Of a stretch of DNA of 64,000 bases, positions 1 through 11,016 are shown piece by piece; the first letter of the stretch is position 1, and every line of letters starts with the position of its first letter. The stretch lies in NCBI GenBank assembly GCA_030704615.1, contig CM060733.1:17174001-17238000 (forward strand), in the 5' to 3' direction. The translations under genes and the position numbers were made by a program. The stretch comes from Takakia lepidozioides (taxonomy: Eukaryota > Plantae > Bryophyta). Below the pieces are notes generated by a model that was not told the origin of the DNA, did not search any database, and saw nothing but the letters and a program-made list of their open reading frames with translations.

Positions 1-156
1 GTCTGGTTTGAGGAATCAAGAGCTATACCTTGGGTGGCAGCGCAACTTGAAAGCAAGGTAACAGACACAGTAACGGGCTCCACAAAATTTGCAGGCCGGA
101 GTGTAGACCCACTTAATGGACACCAGAATCTGCCAGGCACAAGTGCTTTTGTATGA
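1..156 (+). pseudogene. 3' part of an exon encoding the tail of a PDF (OSB-type) motif; gene starts outside the window
   Basis: Frame 1 reads VWFEESRAIPWVAAQLESKV...* (TGA 154-156), resembling LWIDSSSNPPWVKAEL at 35160-35210. Confidence 0.5.
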
Positions 157-1130
157 GGAGTTCCCGAGGCAGTGCCCCACCACATCCATGGGATTTTAAC
201 GAATTACTAAGCTAAAGGGGCTCGACTAGTAAGAAACAAGTCAATCCTCTTGCTGGAGGATTTTTGTTCTGTGTGTGTGAAACAGAGGGAAGTGGGGACC
301 TTACACACGAGGCAGACCTCAAGCTGAAAGGATGGCCTGTATAGTACTGCACCAATTCTGCTCTGTCTTTTGAAGGCCAAGATATGCACGGCAGCCTTTC
401 CCTCACTGCAATTCTTCTCTGTCCAGTCCATAATACAGTCCGATGCTGCCATGAACTTTGACAAACGCCAGTGCCCAGGTCATGCCTTGTCAGCCCTTTG
501 CTTGCAACCTCCATGGTCGAGATGGCATCACCTTCTTTACATGTCTACCTATTCATGTGTTCCTCGAACAATGCCTCTACCCTTGTCTCTTCCACCCCTG
601 CAAACAATCATGATCCACCTATTTGATCAACTTCTGCATGAGAGACTAAGGCGCAGCTGAATTCTTATGACATAAGGACAGACAGATGCTACTGTGAAGG
701 TGCTTTTTGATATGAATGTGCCCAATGCAGTGAAATATTAAACTATTATGCAAGTCTGACAGAGAATTACACCCCTTGCAAGTCCACCCAGAAGCTCTCA
801 CCTTGCCAAACCTTGTTCTTCCAATTTATTAGGCTGACTTGAAGCCACAATCCTTCTGTCTAACTGTAAAGCAAGATTTCCAACTACAGACAAATGTCTT
901 ATGGCAGAAGATGCAGAGGAGGTGCAGTCTGTGCTCAAGGCTGCATTCAATCTATCCTGCATATTGCTTATGGGGTCTTGAGGTTTACCATCCATGTGCC
1001 GCAAGTTGACGACTGACCTCATCTCCAACCCTTCAGCATTGGTTTGATTCAGAGATTGCGAGAAAAAGGGTTTTCATCCCCGTGATTTTCCCGCTTGCAG
1101 TACAAAGCCCAACATATATCACTCTGGGCC

Positions 1131-2285
1131 TCATGGGGCTGAAATGCGTGCTGATCATAGAACTGATGATAACCTGCACCCACAATCAGAGAACCCGCTC
1201 AATTCACTCTTCATTAGTCTCGTAAGGAAGCCACATGCCATATGGAATGCAAGTTACTCTGCCACCCCGGCCCTGTTCTCTCCTTGAATTGGCAACACAG
1301 ACAGTGTTCCTCCCCTTCTTTCTGTTGTATAAAGCTTCGTGAATCCACTAGAGTCCTGTGCCTATAAACACAATTTACAGCCCTTGGACACTACGAGATG
1401 ATGGAACAAGCAATCCTACCATTGGTCAAGCGCTTTCCCAAGCGGATTGCTCACAGGACTACTGCGTAACATAAGCAAGCTGCAGAACTAAACGGTTAGG
1501 TAGAGCTCGCAAGATGATAGCTTTCAGCTAATTGCGTTTTCTTCTCCCACAAGTTGACCACGCAAATATCCACCCCCCAAAAAATACGTGGCTTGTCTAA
1601 TGAAAGTTGGGCGCTTTAACCCCATGCTTGGCTGTGTATTATCGACATAACAGCCATGTATGTGGGCGCTTCATCCCCTCATTTAACTGGAACTGCCTGC
1701 TGGCTTGCTTCGCAAAGCACCATAGCCACTAGCACTGATCTGCTGCAGCTGAGAAGCTCACCATGTTACCCTGTGTGGCTGTGGGTCCTCGGCCTCTCAG
1801 TCCGGCAGTCACAGGCACACTATGGGAGGTGCAATGCAGCAGCAGGGTGCAAAACATGGGCGTCGTAAGAGCATCTAGCAGGTCCGAAGAGGCTGTCGCT
1901 TCATCTTCTTCGTCAGACTCCTTGCTGTCGTCTGAAAACATTCTCCGTGCTCTCGCTGGTGATGGTAGGCATCCAAACTGTTGGTGTACTAGTGTCCTCA
2001 GTGGTGTTGTCTAAAGGGAGAGGTCCTGCAGGGAGCACCAACTGATTAGCGATTGTTGTGGGAAGCAGGGAAGCTGCCGGTGGATCATTATGCAAGGCTG
2101 CGGCTTCCTCGTGAAGCTTCCACCTCACAGGTGACGATCCATCTCCTCCTCTGCATTGTATGGATCAAGCTATCGTTACTCCTACAGTCATTCTCTTTGT
2201 TTCAGCACTCGCATGAAATTCGAGTATGGTTTACCCTGGCCATGGATGTGAATGGTTGCGCATCCATTGCAGCTGTTCAAGTTAT
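1131..2285. repeat. Segmental duplicate A1 (copy A2 at about 7409-8597); degenerate coding-like sequence on the minus strand, product not recognised
   Basis: Collinear near-identity, e.g. cacccacaatcagagaa...ctcttcattagtctcg and gcatccattgc..ctgttcaagtta in both copies. The ORF track gives near-identical peptides (1729-1941 vs 7899-8225). Segment 986-1130 also recurs at 5293-5438. Confidence 0.9.
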
Positions 2286-2507
2286 AGTCATATGGCTGCC
2301 TCTCAACCCTGTGGCCCGCAGCTTAAGGACAAGGCGTAATTGAGTTCAGTGTCGGACTGTCCGTCATCTCGGCGTATCATGGTGTGCCGATTGAGCCAGA
2401 TTCTGGACAAATTTTGGTTTACCTCGACTGCAGAGGAGGAGGAGCGATTATGGGTTATCTGATCTTCAATTCAGCTTAACACGAGTCTGCACTGGCCCAC
2501 TGTGTAG

Positions 2508-3830
2508 ATAACCAAAGCTTTCAAAGTGAGATGCGACGAGGTTATGCAGCAGGACTCTTTGGAGGAAACGGTGGCTCGCGAACAGCTTCTCAGGTTACAG
2601 GTGGATTTATCGACTTCAGCTTTACCAAGCAACCCTGCATCAGTTTCTCACCCTTTTGTGATTTCCCAAAACCTAGTTTGAAGTGCTCGTGTCACACATC
2701 CTGCTACCTCTGTTGCATTTCAACAGTTTTAGATTGTGAGAACCTACTCAGTAAATTTATGCATCCGCAAATTGTTGTAGCATGTTAGCTGCATTAAATT
2801 GGAAGTATGTAGCGTAGACACATTTGTGAGAAGATTGAAGAATGTGAGAGAGGAGAAGGCTTACAAAAAGGATGGGCTGTATGTTTCTGAAAACCTTAAT
2901 GAATGGTGCAAGGCTTGTAGCTGGTTTCTGTGGCAGGAATCCTTGAAGGTTTTAACTTCAGAGGAAGAGCGAAGAATGTATGACTGGAGTTTACTGCGTT
3001 TCGAGAATCAGGGGGGTGATTATGTTTGGCCTTTTGAAGCAGACATCACTCAAAGGCCCTCTGCATCTCTTCCCCCACAAGTAAGCAATTGTAGTTAACT
3101 CTCTCTAGTGTCACTCTTAATGACTATTTTCACATGTGCAGGACGGGAGAGTGTTACTTTTCTTGAATGTTTGCAAGTGAAATAAGAGTGGGAGAGAAGA
3201 GTTATTTTCGTTGGCATAGCGTGGGAAAAGAAGTAGGTGGGGTGGAACACAACATTGTTGGAATGAGAATCCCAAACTCTTAGATTCCAATGTCATAGAT
3301 TCTCATAGCTCTCTTTGCTCTAATGATGAAGTGAGATTAGATCGTTCCTGGTGCCTTGTGCTTTAGCCTCAAACAGACTATTGCTCAAGCTTGATAGTTC
3401 CTGTTCCTGTGAAATGTAGTGAAATGCAAAACCTGATGTCAGAGATTCAAATCCTACAGAGCGTGATTATTCGAAAAGATTTGATTGAATGCTAATACAT
3501 TGTCTACTTTCTTTAGAGCCAATGTGTTGTGTTAAATGTATTGAAGTTCAGAAATTTTGAAGTTCAGAAAATTATTCTGGCAAAGCAAGAGACACAGCCC
3601 AAAAAGTCAACCTTCATTGCTATAAGAAAGAAAAGAATTCACGATGTCCACTGAGAGTACTTTCTCAATATCTTCATTGTTTATCTTATGCATCTCAGTG
3701 TTTGTTTATCTTACTCATCTCAGTGGTGTCCTTGCAGAAAGAGGAAGATGACAATGGAAACAGAAATGTGGCTCTGTTTTTCTTGGGGTGGTTTGTTCTT
3801 TCATGCATTCTGAGCCTTACTTTGAAATAG
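2508..3830 (+). pseudogene. NdhU: NdhU/CRRL (chloroplast NDH subunit U, J-like domain plus TM): last three exons 2508-2600, 2937-3080, 3738-3830; 5' exons not found in the window
   Basis: Canonical AG/GT phase-0 junctions give ITKAFKVRCDEVMQQDSLEETVAREQLLRLQ|ESLKVLTSEEERRMYDWSLLRFENQGGDYVWPFEADITQRPSASLPPQ|KEEDDNGNRNVALFFLGWFVLSCILSLTLK*. EERRxYDWSL..YVWPFExD and the C-terminal TM helix are NdhU hallmarks. Confidence 0.8.
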
Positions 3831-4684
3831 AAGGGATTGTACATTAGAGAGTGAAGCAGGACATGGTAGTAAGGATATAGCATCTCATGCCATAGCTGGT
3901 GCATAGAATAGCAGTCTGTATACCCTCAAATGCAGTGTAGATAAAGGGCCTTCTCTCAGTACGTATTATGATGGGATGTAAGTATATGAAACTTTGCCTT
4001 TGTCCGAAAGAAAATGTAAGCTCTTGTATGGAGTCTTGACTTCAGAGCTAGACTTTCAAACAGTCTTACAATATTATCCAGAGATTCCTTTCCATGTGGC
4101 ATTTCTTTGTCTGGATTGGCCACAAGGATAACTTTGCCTTTTGGTTTGGTTTCTCTTACACCCATAATTAGTGACATGGTGTGGAACCCCTAACTGAAGA
4201 GATTGTGCGTAGTCATGGCTACTTCTACATGGACCAAACCAGCTCATATGCCAGTAGAAATAAACTGGCATATGTCTAGAAATTTACAATGTGATGTTTT
4301 TAAGATGGAAGACTTTTGGCCACAGCTCTTCGAGATAGGCCTAGAAAATTCCTCCACTCCTTCACAACATATTCGAATGGGTGCCATGTAGGACTGGCTT
4401 TTTTTGTAGCTCTGCTTTCACCCAAGGGGGGTTTGAGGAACTGTCAATCCAAAGCACTTCCTTTGTTCGCTTATTTCTGAAGTCAGGTGATCGTGGACTT
4501 TTCTTTGACAGACCACGAGTATCCCATAGCTTCACGGACAGCAGGGTTCCAACTGTCCAGCTCCCAAGAATCTTAAATGATGTTGAACCACCTACCAAAT
4601 GCCAACAGTGCGGCGGCCTTTGCAGCTTCTTCAGAACAAAGAGCAAAATCGTCATTGATGTAACCAACTGAAGCATGTTCTTAC
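3531..4684. repeat. Segmental duplicate B1 of 31073-35450, lacking about 3.2 kb that contains the PPR-DYW coding region
   Basis: 3531-4400 aligns to about 31073-31930 and 4407-4684 aligns to about 35162-35450 (PDF exon KSPRSPDFRNKRTKEVLWIDSSSNPPWVKAEL plus intron). Confidence 0.9.
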
Positions 4685-5270
4685 CAGTGTTGGGCGGTTC
4701 TTGCCTTTGTGAAGGAACCTTCGGTTCCGGTTCCACAAATTTTTGAAGAGACGGTTCCGGATCCGGATCCGGTTATTTTTTATTAAGGCGGTTCCGGTCC
4801 GGTTCAGGTTCTAACTTTTTAACATGGGAGCGGTCCGGTTACCGGTTAGTTGCTGGAAAAAAACCACCGGTTCCGGTTAGGTTCCGGTTCTTTTTTTTAA
4901 ATATATTAAATTCTTTTAATTTTTTTATTCTTCTGGAAAATTAGATGAACCGATCTGATTGGTCATACTGAGAATTTTCAACTAAAACCAGGGAATTTAT
5001 TAGTAAAACAGAAGTAAATAAACTTATATGTTTTTTGTGATTGTCTTTTATGGTATATATAACTAGTTAAATACGCATGGTCTCCATTAAAAACGGAAAA
5101 CCAGAGATTTTATAAGTTTTCGTACGGTGTAGCAAAGAACAACTAAAACAAACTACATAAGGATCTTAATTCAAAATACAAAACAAATTAAACATGTGTA
5201 ATTCTATGGTTACCTTTTATGGTGCAGCAAAAGCACAACTAAAAAAAACTACATAAATTTGTGTTTTTTG
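4685..5270 (+). mobile_element. hAT-like DNA transposon/MITE left end (truncated)
   Basis: Begins CAGTGTTGGGCGG exactly where homology to 35450 stops. Dense CCGGTT/GGTTCC subterminal motifs at 4720-4890, then an AT-rich body. No matching right TIR seen. Confidence 0.6.
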
Positions 5271-5619
5271 GATGATGCTCTGTCAATATAGCATACCATC
5301 CATGTGCTGCAAGTTGACGACTGAACTCATCTCTACCCCTTGAGCATTGGTATGATTCAGAGATTGCGAGAAAAAGGTTTTCCATCCCCGAGGTTTTCCC
5401 GCTTGCAGTAGAAAGCCCAACGTATATCACTCTTGGCCATAAGTGATCCAGACCAGTGACCATTGTCAACAATCATACAACAGTGACTGTGAGAGAAGAA
5501 AACTCAGTCCATGACAATTCTTGATTTGATTCCAATGAAATGGCTGACATACAAGATGGAAAAAAACTTCTAATGTTTCAGCTAGCTACACTTCTGTGAC
5601 TAGGCAATCTTGAAGCCTT

Positions 5620-6527
5620 CAAGGGTCTGATATGCAATCCGTCCTAGTCCTTCTACTGGAAATCATGGATAACCATGACCACTTGCCAATGCCATAGTTT
5701 CTAACGGAGGAGAATGGTACCATGGATTTTTAGTAACGCAATACACCTCATTACCATAACCAGTACTTGCACATGTCACAGCTCATGGAGGAGGCACACT
5801 TGGATGTCCTCGAACGCCAACACTGTGATGTCGTGGAACGCCAACACTGGGATATTCTGGAACGCAAGGCCCGCCAGCACCGCCAGCACTTGGAACGCCA
5901 CCATTGGGATATGGTGGAACGCCACCAGTGGGATATCCTGGAAGCCCACCACTAGGATATGGTGGAATGCCACCATTGGGATATCCTGGAAGGCCACCAC
6001 TGGGGTATGGTGGAACGTCACCACTGGGATATCCTGGACCGCCACCGCCGGGGAAACAAACCGGGATAACCTCCGAAATGTCCAAAACTTCCAAACGGAG
6101 GAGCAAGCCAGAATGGATGTTTAGCGTCGAAGTACTTCAGATTACCATACCCACTTGTCCATGCCACAGCTTCTGCAGGAGGCACATCAGGAAATCCTGG
6201 AACGCTACCACTGGGATATCCTATAACACCACCACTGAAATATCCTGGAACGCCACCACTGGGATATCCTGGAAAGCCACCATTGGGAAATCCTAGACCG
6301 CCGCCGGGAAACAAACCGGGATAACCTTTGAAATGTCCAAAACTTCCAAACGGAGGAAGATGCCAGAATGGATGTTTAGCGTCGAAGTACTTCAGACCAC
6401 CCTCCTCTTAATCATGCTTGTTCCCAACACCTTCACTTTCGCTCTCCAAATCGGAAGGACGAGCTTGCACGCTCCTTACTAAGAAAATCAGAAACAAGAG
6501 GAAAGCCACCATACGAATCCATTGCAT
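5620..6527 (-). pseudogene. Secreted Gly/Pro/Tyr-rich repeat protein (GRP/cell-wall-protein-like), disrupted
   Basis: ATG 6527: MQWIRMVAFLLFLIFLVRSVQA (signal peptide)-RPSDLESESEGVGNKHD*EEGGLKYFDAKHPFWHLPPFGSFGHF. Two LKYFDAKHPFW blocks are each followed by 24-bp (GYPSGGVP-type) repeats. In-frame TAA near 6408, frameshift near 6050, further stops downstream. Confidence 0.75.
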
Positions 6528-6646
6528 GGTCTTCATTGCAAGCAATCAATCCTTTAGCTGGACCTAGACTCACCTCTTCCTCCCTTCCCAAACCTATAGC
6601 AAATTCACGCCCACACAAATTGTTGGTAAGCCACTCCAAGACTTCG

Positions 6647-6655
6647 TTTATATAG
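6647..6655 (-). promoter_or_regulatory. TATA box of the Gly/Pro-rich gene
   Basis: CTATATAAA on the minus strand about 120 bp upstream of ATG 6527. Confidence 0.55.
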
Positions 6656-7408
6656 TGACTCAACCCAAGGCCTTAAACAACATACTGATAAACGTAGCGG
6701 CTGCTACGCACTATAGTAGTGTCCACAGGTTTTCTTTTCTTAAAAAAAAAGAAAAAAAGAAAAGTGTCCAGAGATTCTCTAGTTTCAAGAAAGCTTTTAT
6801 TATTAATATGATTTGTATTTTTAAAAAAGAAAAAAGAAAAAAGAAAGCCTAATTATTACCTATCCCGTCGTCATTAGTCAAACTTGATTTTGAAGAAATT
6901 GAAATTAGGTCAAAGATCAATTGTAAACAAGCTTCAACTACAAGAGCTTCAATCAAATCAGTGGTTCAGAGTAACTCACTCCTTCGTGCTTGAAATGGTT
7001 GTCCAATTTTCCAGAAAAACAAAAAAGAAGCTTAGATGTCTTAAAAACTGAAATCACCTAAATAGACAATGGAAACAGAAAAAAGAAAAAGAAAAAGAAA
7101 ACAGAGCCCTCAATATTGGATGTCTAGTTCAATGAATGAATGGTTTACATTAAAGCATAAAAATCTAAACATAACTGATCTCCATCCATTTACCATCCAT
7201 ACGTTCGTCGTTCAGAGACTTACAGCGAGTCATCCATCCATCTCTAGGTAGCACCAACCTGGCCGCCGATCCCAAGCATGGTTAGGGCTTGAAAATAATG
7301 ATGATTGCCGTTATTGCTACCTTTTTATGTTCCGTCAATACCCTGACGGACGACCCTTACTACTTTAAACCGTAATCCCACTATTTACTACTTACTAATC
7401 AGCCAAGT

Positions 7409-8597
7409 CATGAAGGGGCTGAGATCACATACAACTGATGAAAACTTGTACCCACAATCAGAGAAATCCCGCTCAATTCACTCTTCATTAGTCTCGTGAG
7501 GAAGCCACATGCCATGTGGAATGCAAGTTACTCTGCCACCCCGGCCCTGTTCTCTTCTTGAATTGCCAAAACATACCTTGTTCCTCCCCGTCTTTATGTT
7601 TTATAAAGCTTCATGAATCCACCAGAGTCCTGTGCCTATTAACACGATTTACAGCCCTTGGACACTACAAGATGATGAACAAGCAATCCTACCTTTGAGA
7701 CACAGTGCCATGCTTTGCTGCTCAAAGCGCTCTCCTGAGCGGATTGCTCACATGACTAGTTCGTAACACGAGCAAGCTGCAGAACTAAACGGTTAGGTAG
7801 AGCTCGCAAGATGACGGCTTTCAACTAATTGCGTTTTCTTCTCCCACAAGTTGACCACGCACAAAAAATACGTGCTTGTCTTCTGAAAGTTGGGCACTTT
7901 AACCCCATGCTTGGCTGTGTAGAATCGACATAACAACCATGGATGTTGGGTGCTTTATCCCCTCATTTAACTGGAACTGCCTGTTGGCTTGCCTCGCAAA
8001 GCACCATAGCCACTGGCACTGATCTTCTGCAGCTGAGAAGCTCACCATGTTACCATATGTGGCTGTCGGTCCTCTGCCTCTTAGTCCGGCAATCACAAGC
8101 ACACTATGGGAGGTGCAATGCAGCAGCAGGGTGCAAAACATGGGCGTCATAAGAGCATCTAGCAGGTCCAAAGAGGTTGTGTCTTCATTTTCTTCGTCAG
8201 ACTCCTTGATGTCGTCTGAAAACATTCTCCGTGCTCTAGTTGGTGATGGTAAGCATCCAAACCGTTGGTGTACTAGTGTCCTCAGTGGTGTTGTCTAAAG
8301 GGAGAGGTCCTGCAGGGAACACCAACTGATTAGCGATTGTTGTGGGAAGTAGGGAAGCTGCCGGTGGATCATTATGCAAGGTTGCGGCTTCCTCGTGGAG
8401 CTTCCACCTCACAGGTGACGATCCATCTCCTCCTCTGCATTATAGGGATCAAGCTATCGTTACTCCTACAAGACTCTTACAGTCATTCTCCTTAGTTTTG
8501 TCAAGAATTCAAGTTTCAGCACTCGCATGAAATTTGAGTATGGTTTACCCTGGCCATGGATGTGAATGGTTGCGCATCCATTGCGGCTGTTCAAGTT
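7409..8597. repeat. Segmental duplicate A2 of 1131-2285
   Basis: Collinear identity ending at gttcaagtta, where a (TA)n-tailed LINE fragment begins. Confidence 0.9.
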
Positions 8598-9098
8598 ATA
8601 TATATATATATATGACGCCAACCGAAGCTAGCGTAAATAAGAGCCTCTTCCCCTTGCGGGTACTGCCCCCTTTCGGTGGTGGGCTCTATCCGCACCGTAA
8701 CCTGTCACACAATGGCTAGCTGGCCACTTTCAATCTTACCTTTGTTGAGGATTAGGGATGTGAGTGACGTGATAGTTGTGAAATGTAAGGCTCGTAGTAG
8801 AGGTGTAGTGTATTTGGGTGGTAGGTTGAGATTATCTTTCAAACCTTGGATATTATGGGTATGAGCACCGCCTCTGACTGTGATGAGAGTCAGAGGTGCC
8901 GTGTTCCAGCCTCGCTCACGGAGGGCATTCATGATTGGGTCATATTTTTCGTGTTTGTACATAATTGATTGATCTGGATTTCGATCATGGCAGAATGCGA
9001 ATTCCAAAAGATGTATTTTGAGAGATGGAAACGGTTCTATTGGCGGCAATGCCAGTACAGGAAGTCCTTGGACTAGCAAAATATGGGGGCTGAAAATC
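8597..9098 (-). mobile_element. 5'-truncated non-LTR retrotransposon with C-terminal restriction-like endonuclease (RLE; Dualen/RandI or R2-group-like) and (TA)n tail
   Basis: Minus frame (S)PHILLVQGLP...KIHLLEFAFCHD....KHEKYDPIMNALRERGW...LITVRGG fits the RPD..(D/E)..K..KY..GW RLE pattern. Structured 3' UTR, then (TA)n at 8597-8613. Confidence 0.7.
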
Positions 9099-9881
9099 CA
9101 TGAGCAGTGAGCAGTGAGCAGGTTTTGCCGAACGTCACCGAACCGCCCGGACCTGTTTGCCGAACCAGTTCCAGGTTCAGGATAGGTTCAGTTTATAGAA
9201 TATTTCCATTTTGGATCATATAAGCCAAAACGGGTATGTGTGTGACCGGTGGATAAGGCTAGTCGAGGGGTTGGTGATTGGCTGAATGGCAACGACGCAA
9301 TGGCGTGAGCGTTGCACGTGAGCGCGCGAGCGTACGCTCACGCCAGCTGACGTGGCGTGAGCGTCATGTCAGCATGCTGATGTGGCGGTAAATGATGACA
9401 TGGCACTGTCCGTCATCTGCCGCGTTAGCATTAACATGCGCCGCCTATAACCGTGGATGGTCCTATGACCGTGGAATTAATGCAGGGAATCTTGCCTAAA
9501 TAGAATCAAGACGAGCGTTGAGGCCTACAATTGCAGCATCCAACATTGTGCAATTACAAATGCTTGTTTCACTTTTACAATTACGAGGACGACAAAATAT
9601 CCTCACAAAGTGTGCGCCATAAAGGCTGCCACGGGAAGACCTTCCTCCCTCCTCAAATAACAATGAGAGTTCGGATCATCTTCAAAAGATGATTGTAGTG
9701 CATAGCGACAGCAAGACATGTAGACTTCGAACGGTGCAATGACAAATGTGCACCACCTAAAAGTTGTCACTCAGAGCTCACTCCGTATAGTTGGAGGCCA
9801 TATCATTGCACAGCTGACGAATTGATGTGAATTACACATTTCAAATCATGGTCATCCACTTACCACATTACATAGTTCATG

Positions 9882-11016
9882 CTACCCATGTGTTGTATCC
9901 CGCTGCAAAAGAGTATCGACCTCGTTGAAACTCATAGTGGCCTGGTGAATGAAGTTGTCACGTTTGGGATCGCAAACCATCATCCTCAAAAATATGAAAT
10001 ACAAATGTTTGCAGGGTATGAATTTACCTCTCTTGCCCAAACTGGTTGATAGCATATTCACAAAATCAGGACATGTGCAATTGGGGAAATTGGAAACCGT
10101 GATGTCGTAGGTCCTGTCATGAACAGCAGATGTGGAAGTGATGATTGTGAATACCCGACCATATCCTGGATCGGGTACTTCCGTGGTGCTTCCAACACGA
10201 GCTTGGAGCATTCTTGCGGACTCCACTTTGCCAAAGTGTTCAGCGGTTGGGGGGAAACGCCGAACGAGCTTTCCATCTCGTTTGGTTGGCCACAAGTCAG
10301 GATTTGTCGGGGGGACCCGGGAGGACGCAGAAGTAGTAGCACATGCATGGAGTTGGGGTTGTCTCGCAAGGGAGAAACCTGCCTCCTCTAGCATTTCAAT
10401 CTCCTGAAAGCTGAGATGTGTTCCCACCTTCATGGGCTAAACGGTTGGAGGAGATGGCTTCAACACTACGGAAGGACGCACAGTTCCATGCACACATCTG
10501 GCACAATCATCTGCGCAGAACCAGAACTTGTGGTTCTTGGCTTCTGGTTGACCGTATGGACGCATCAAGCCCGTGAAAGTCGGAGCAGGAGTTCGGGCAC
10601 CACATCTGGATATAGATGAAGTGCACTTCTCAAAATTAGTTGCCCTGATCGCTGTACATTTCACACGAGACCCTACACTTGTGCGTTCTATGTGCCAAAC
10701 GTGGTCGGGGCATGCGGACTCAAGCACATCAAGGGGGTTATTTCTCTCCTGCACCATTTCAGTGGCACTGTTTGATGCTGGAGCTTGCCGTCGTGTTGGA
10801 GGTTCCTCCACAATGGAGGTTCCGGACATGGAGCTGTCATGCAAGGGAACACGAGGCTTCGAGAAGTTATCACGGTCTGCCCTGTGGGAATCTGAATCCG
10901 AACCAGGTGGAGTGTTCAATTTCCTCTTACAGGAGCCGAATCTCTCCTCCCCTTCAAGATGTGGAACTCTAGAAACAAGTGGCGTTCCCTGGGCATACAT
11001 GCTCAATCTGTCAGCA
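9882..11016 (-). pseudogene. C-terminal part of a SWIM zinc-finger protein (probable transposase C-terminus)
   Basis: ORFs 10437-11048 and 9882-10433 are in frame across one TAG (probably from TGG). YDITVSNFPNCTCPDF-x14-PCKHLYFIF is a CxC..CxH SWIM motif. The 5' part is lost at the gypsy junction. Confidence 0.8.

Noticed and set aside
5239-5472. VIYVGLSTASGKT as a P-loop NTPase (also at about 1080-1130)
   Set aside because: Short, stop-ridden duplicated fragment with no Walker B or other supporting motifs; no family can be assigned.
5714-6296. Plus-strand repetitive ORFs (WNATTGIS, GYPGSPP, LERHHWD)
   Set aside because: Antisense shadows of the 24-bp repeat; the signal peptide and TATA box support the minus strand.
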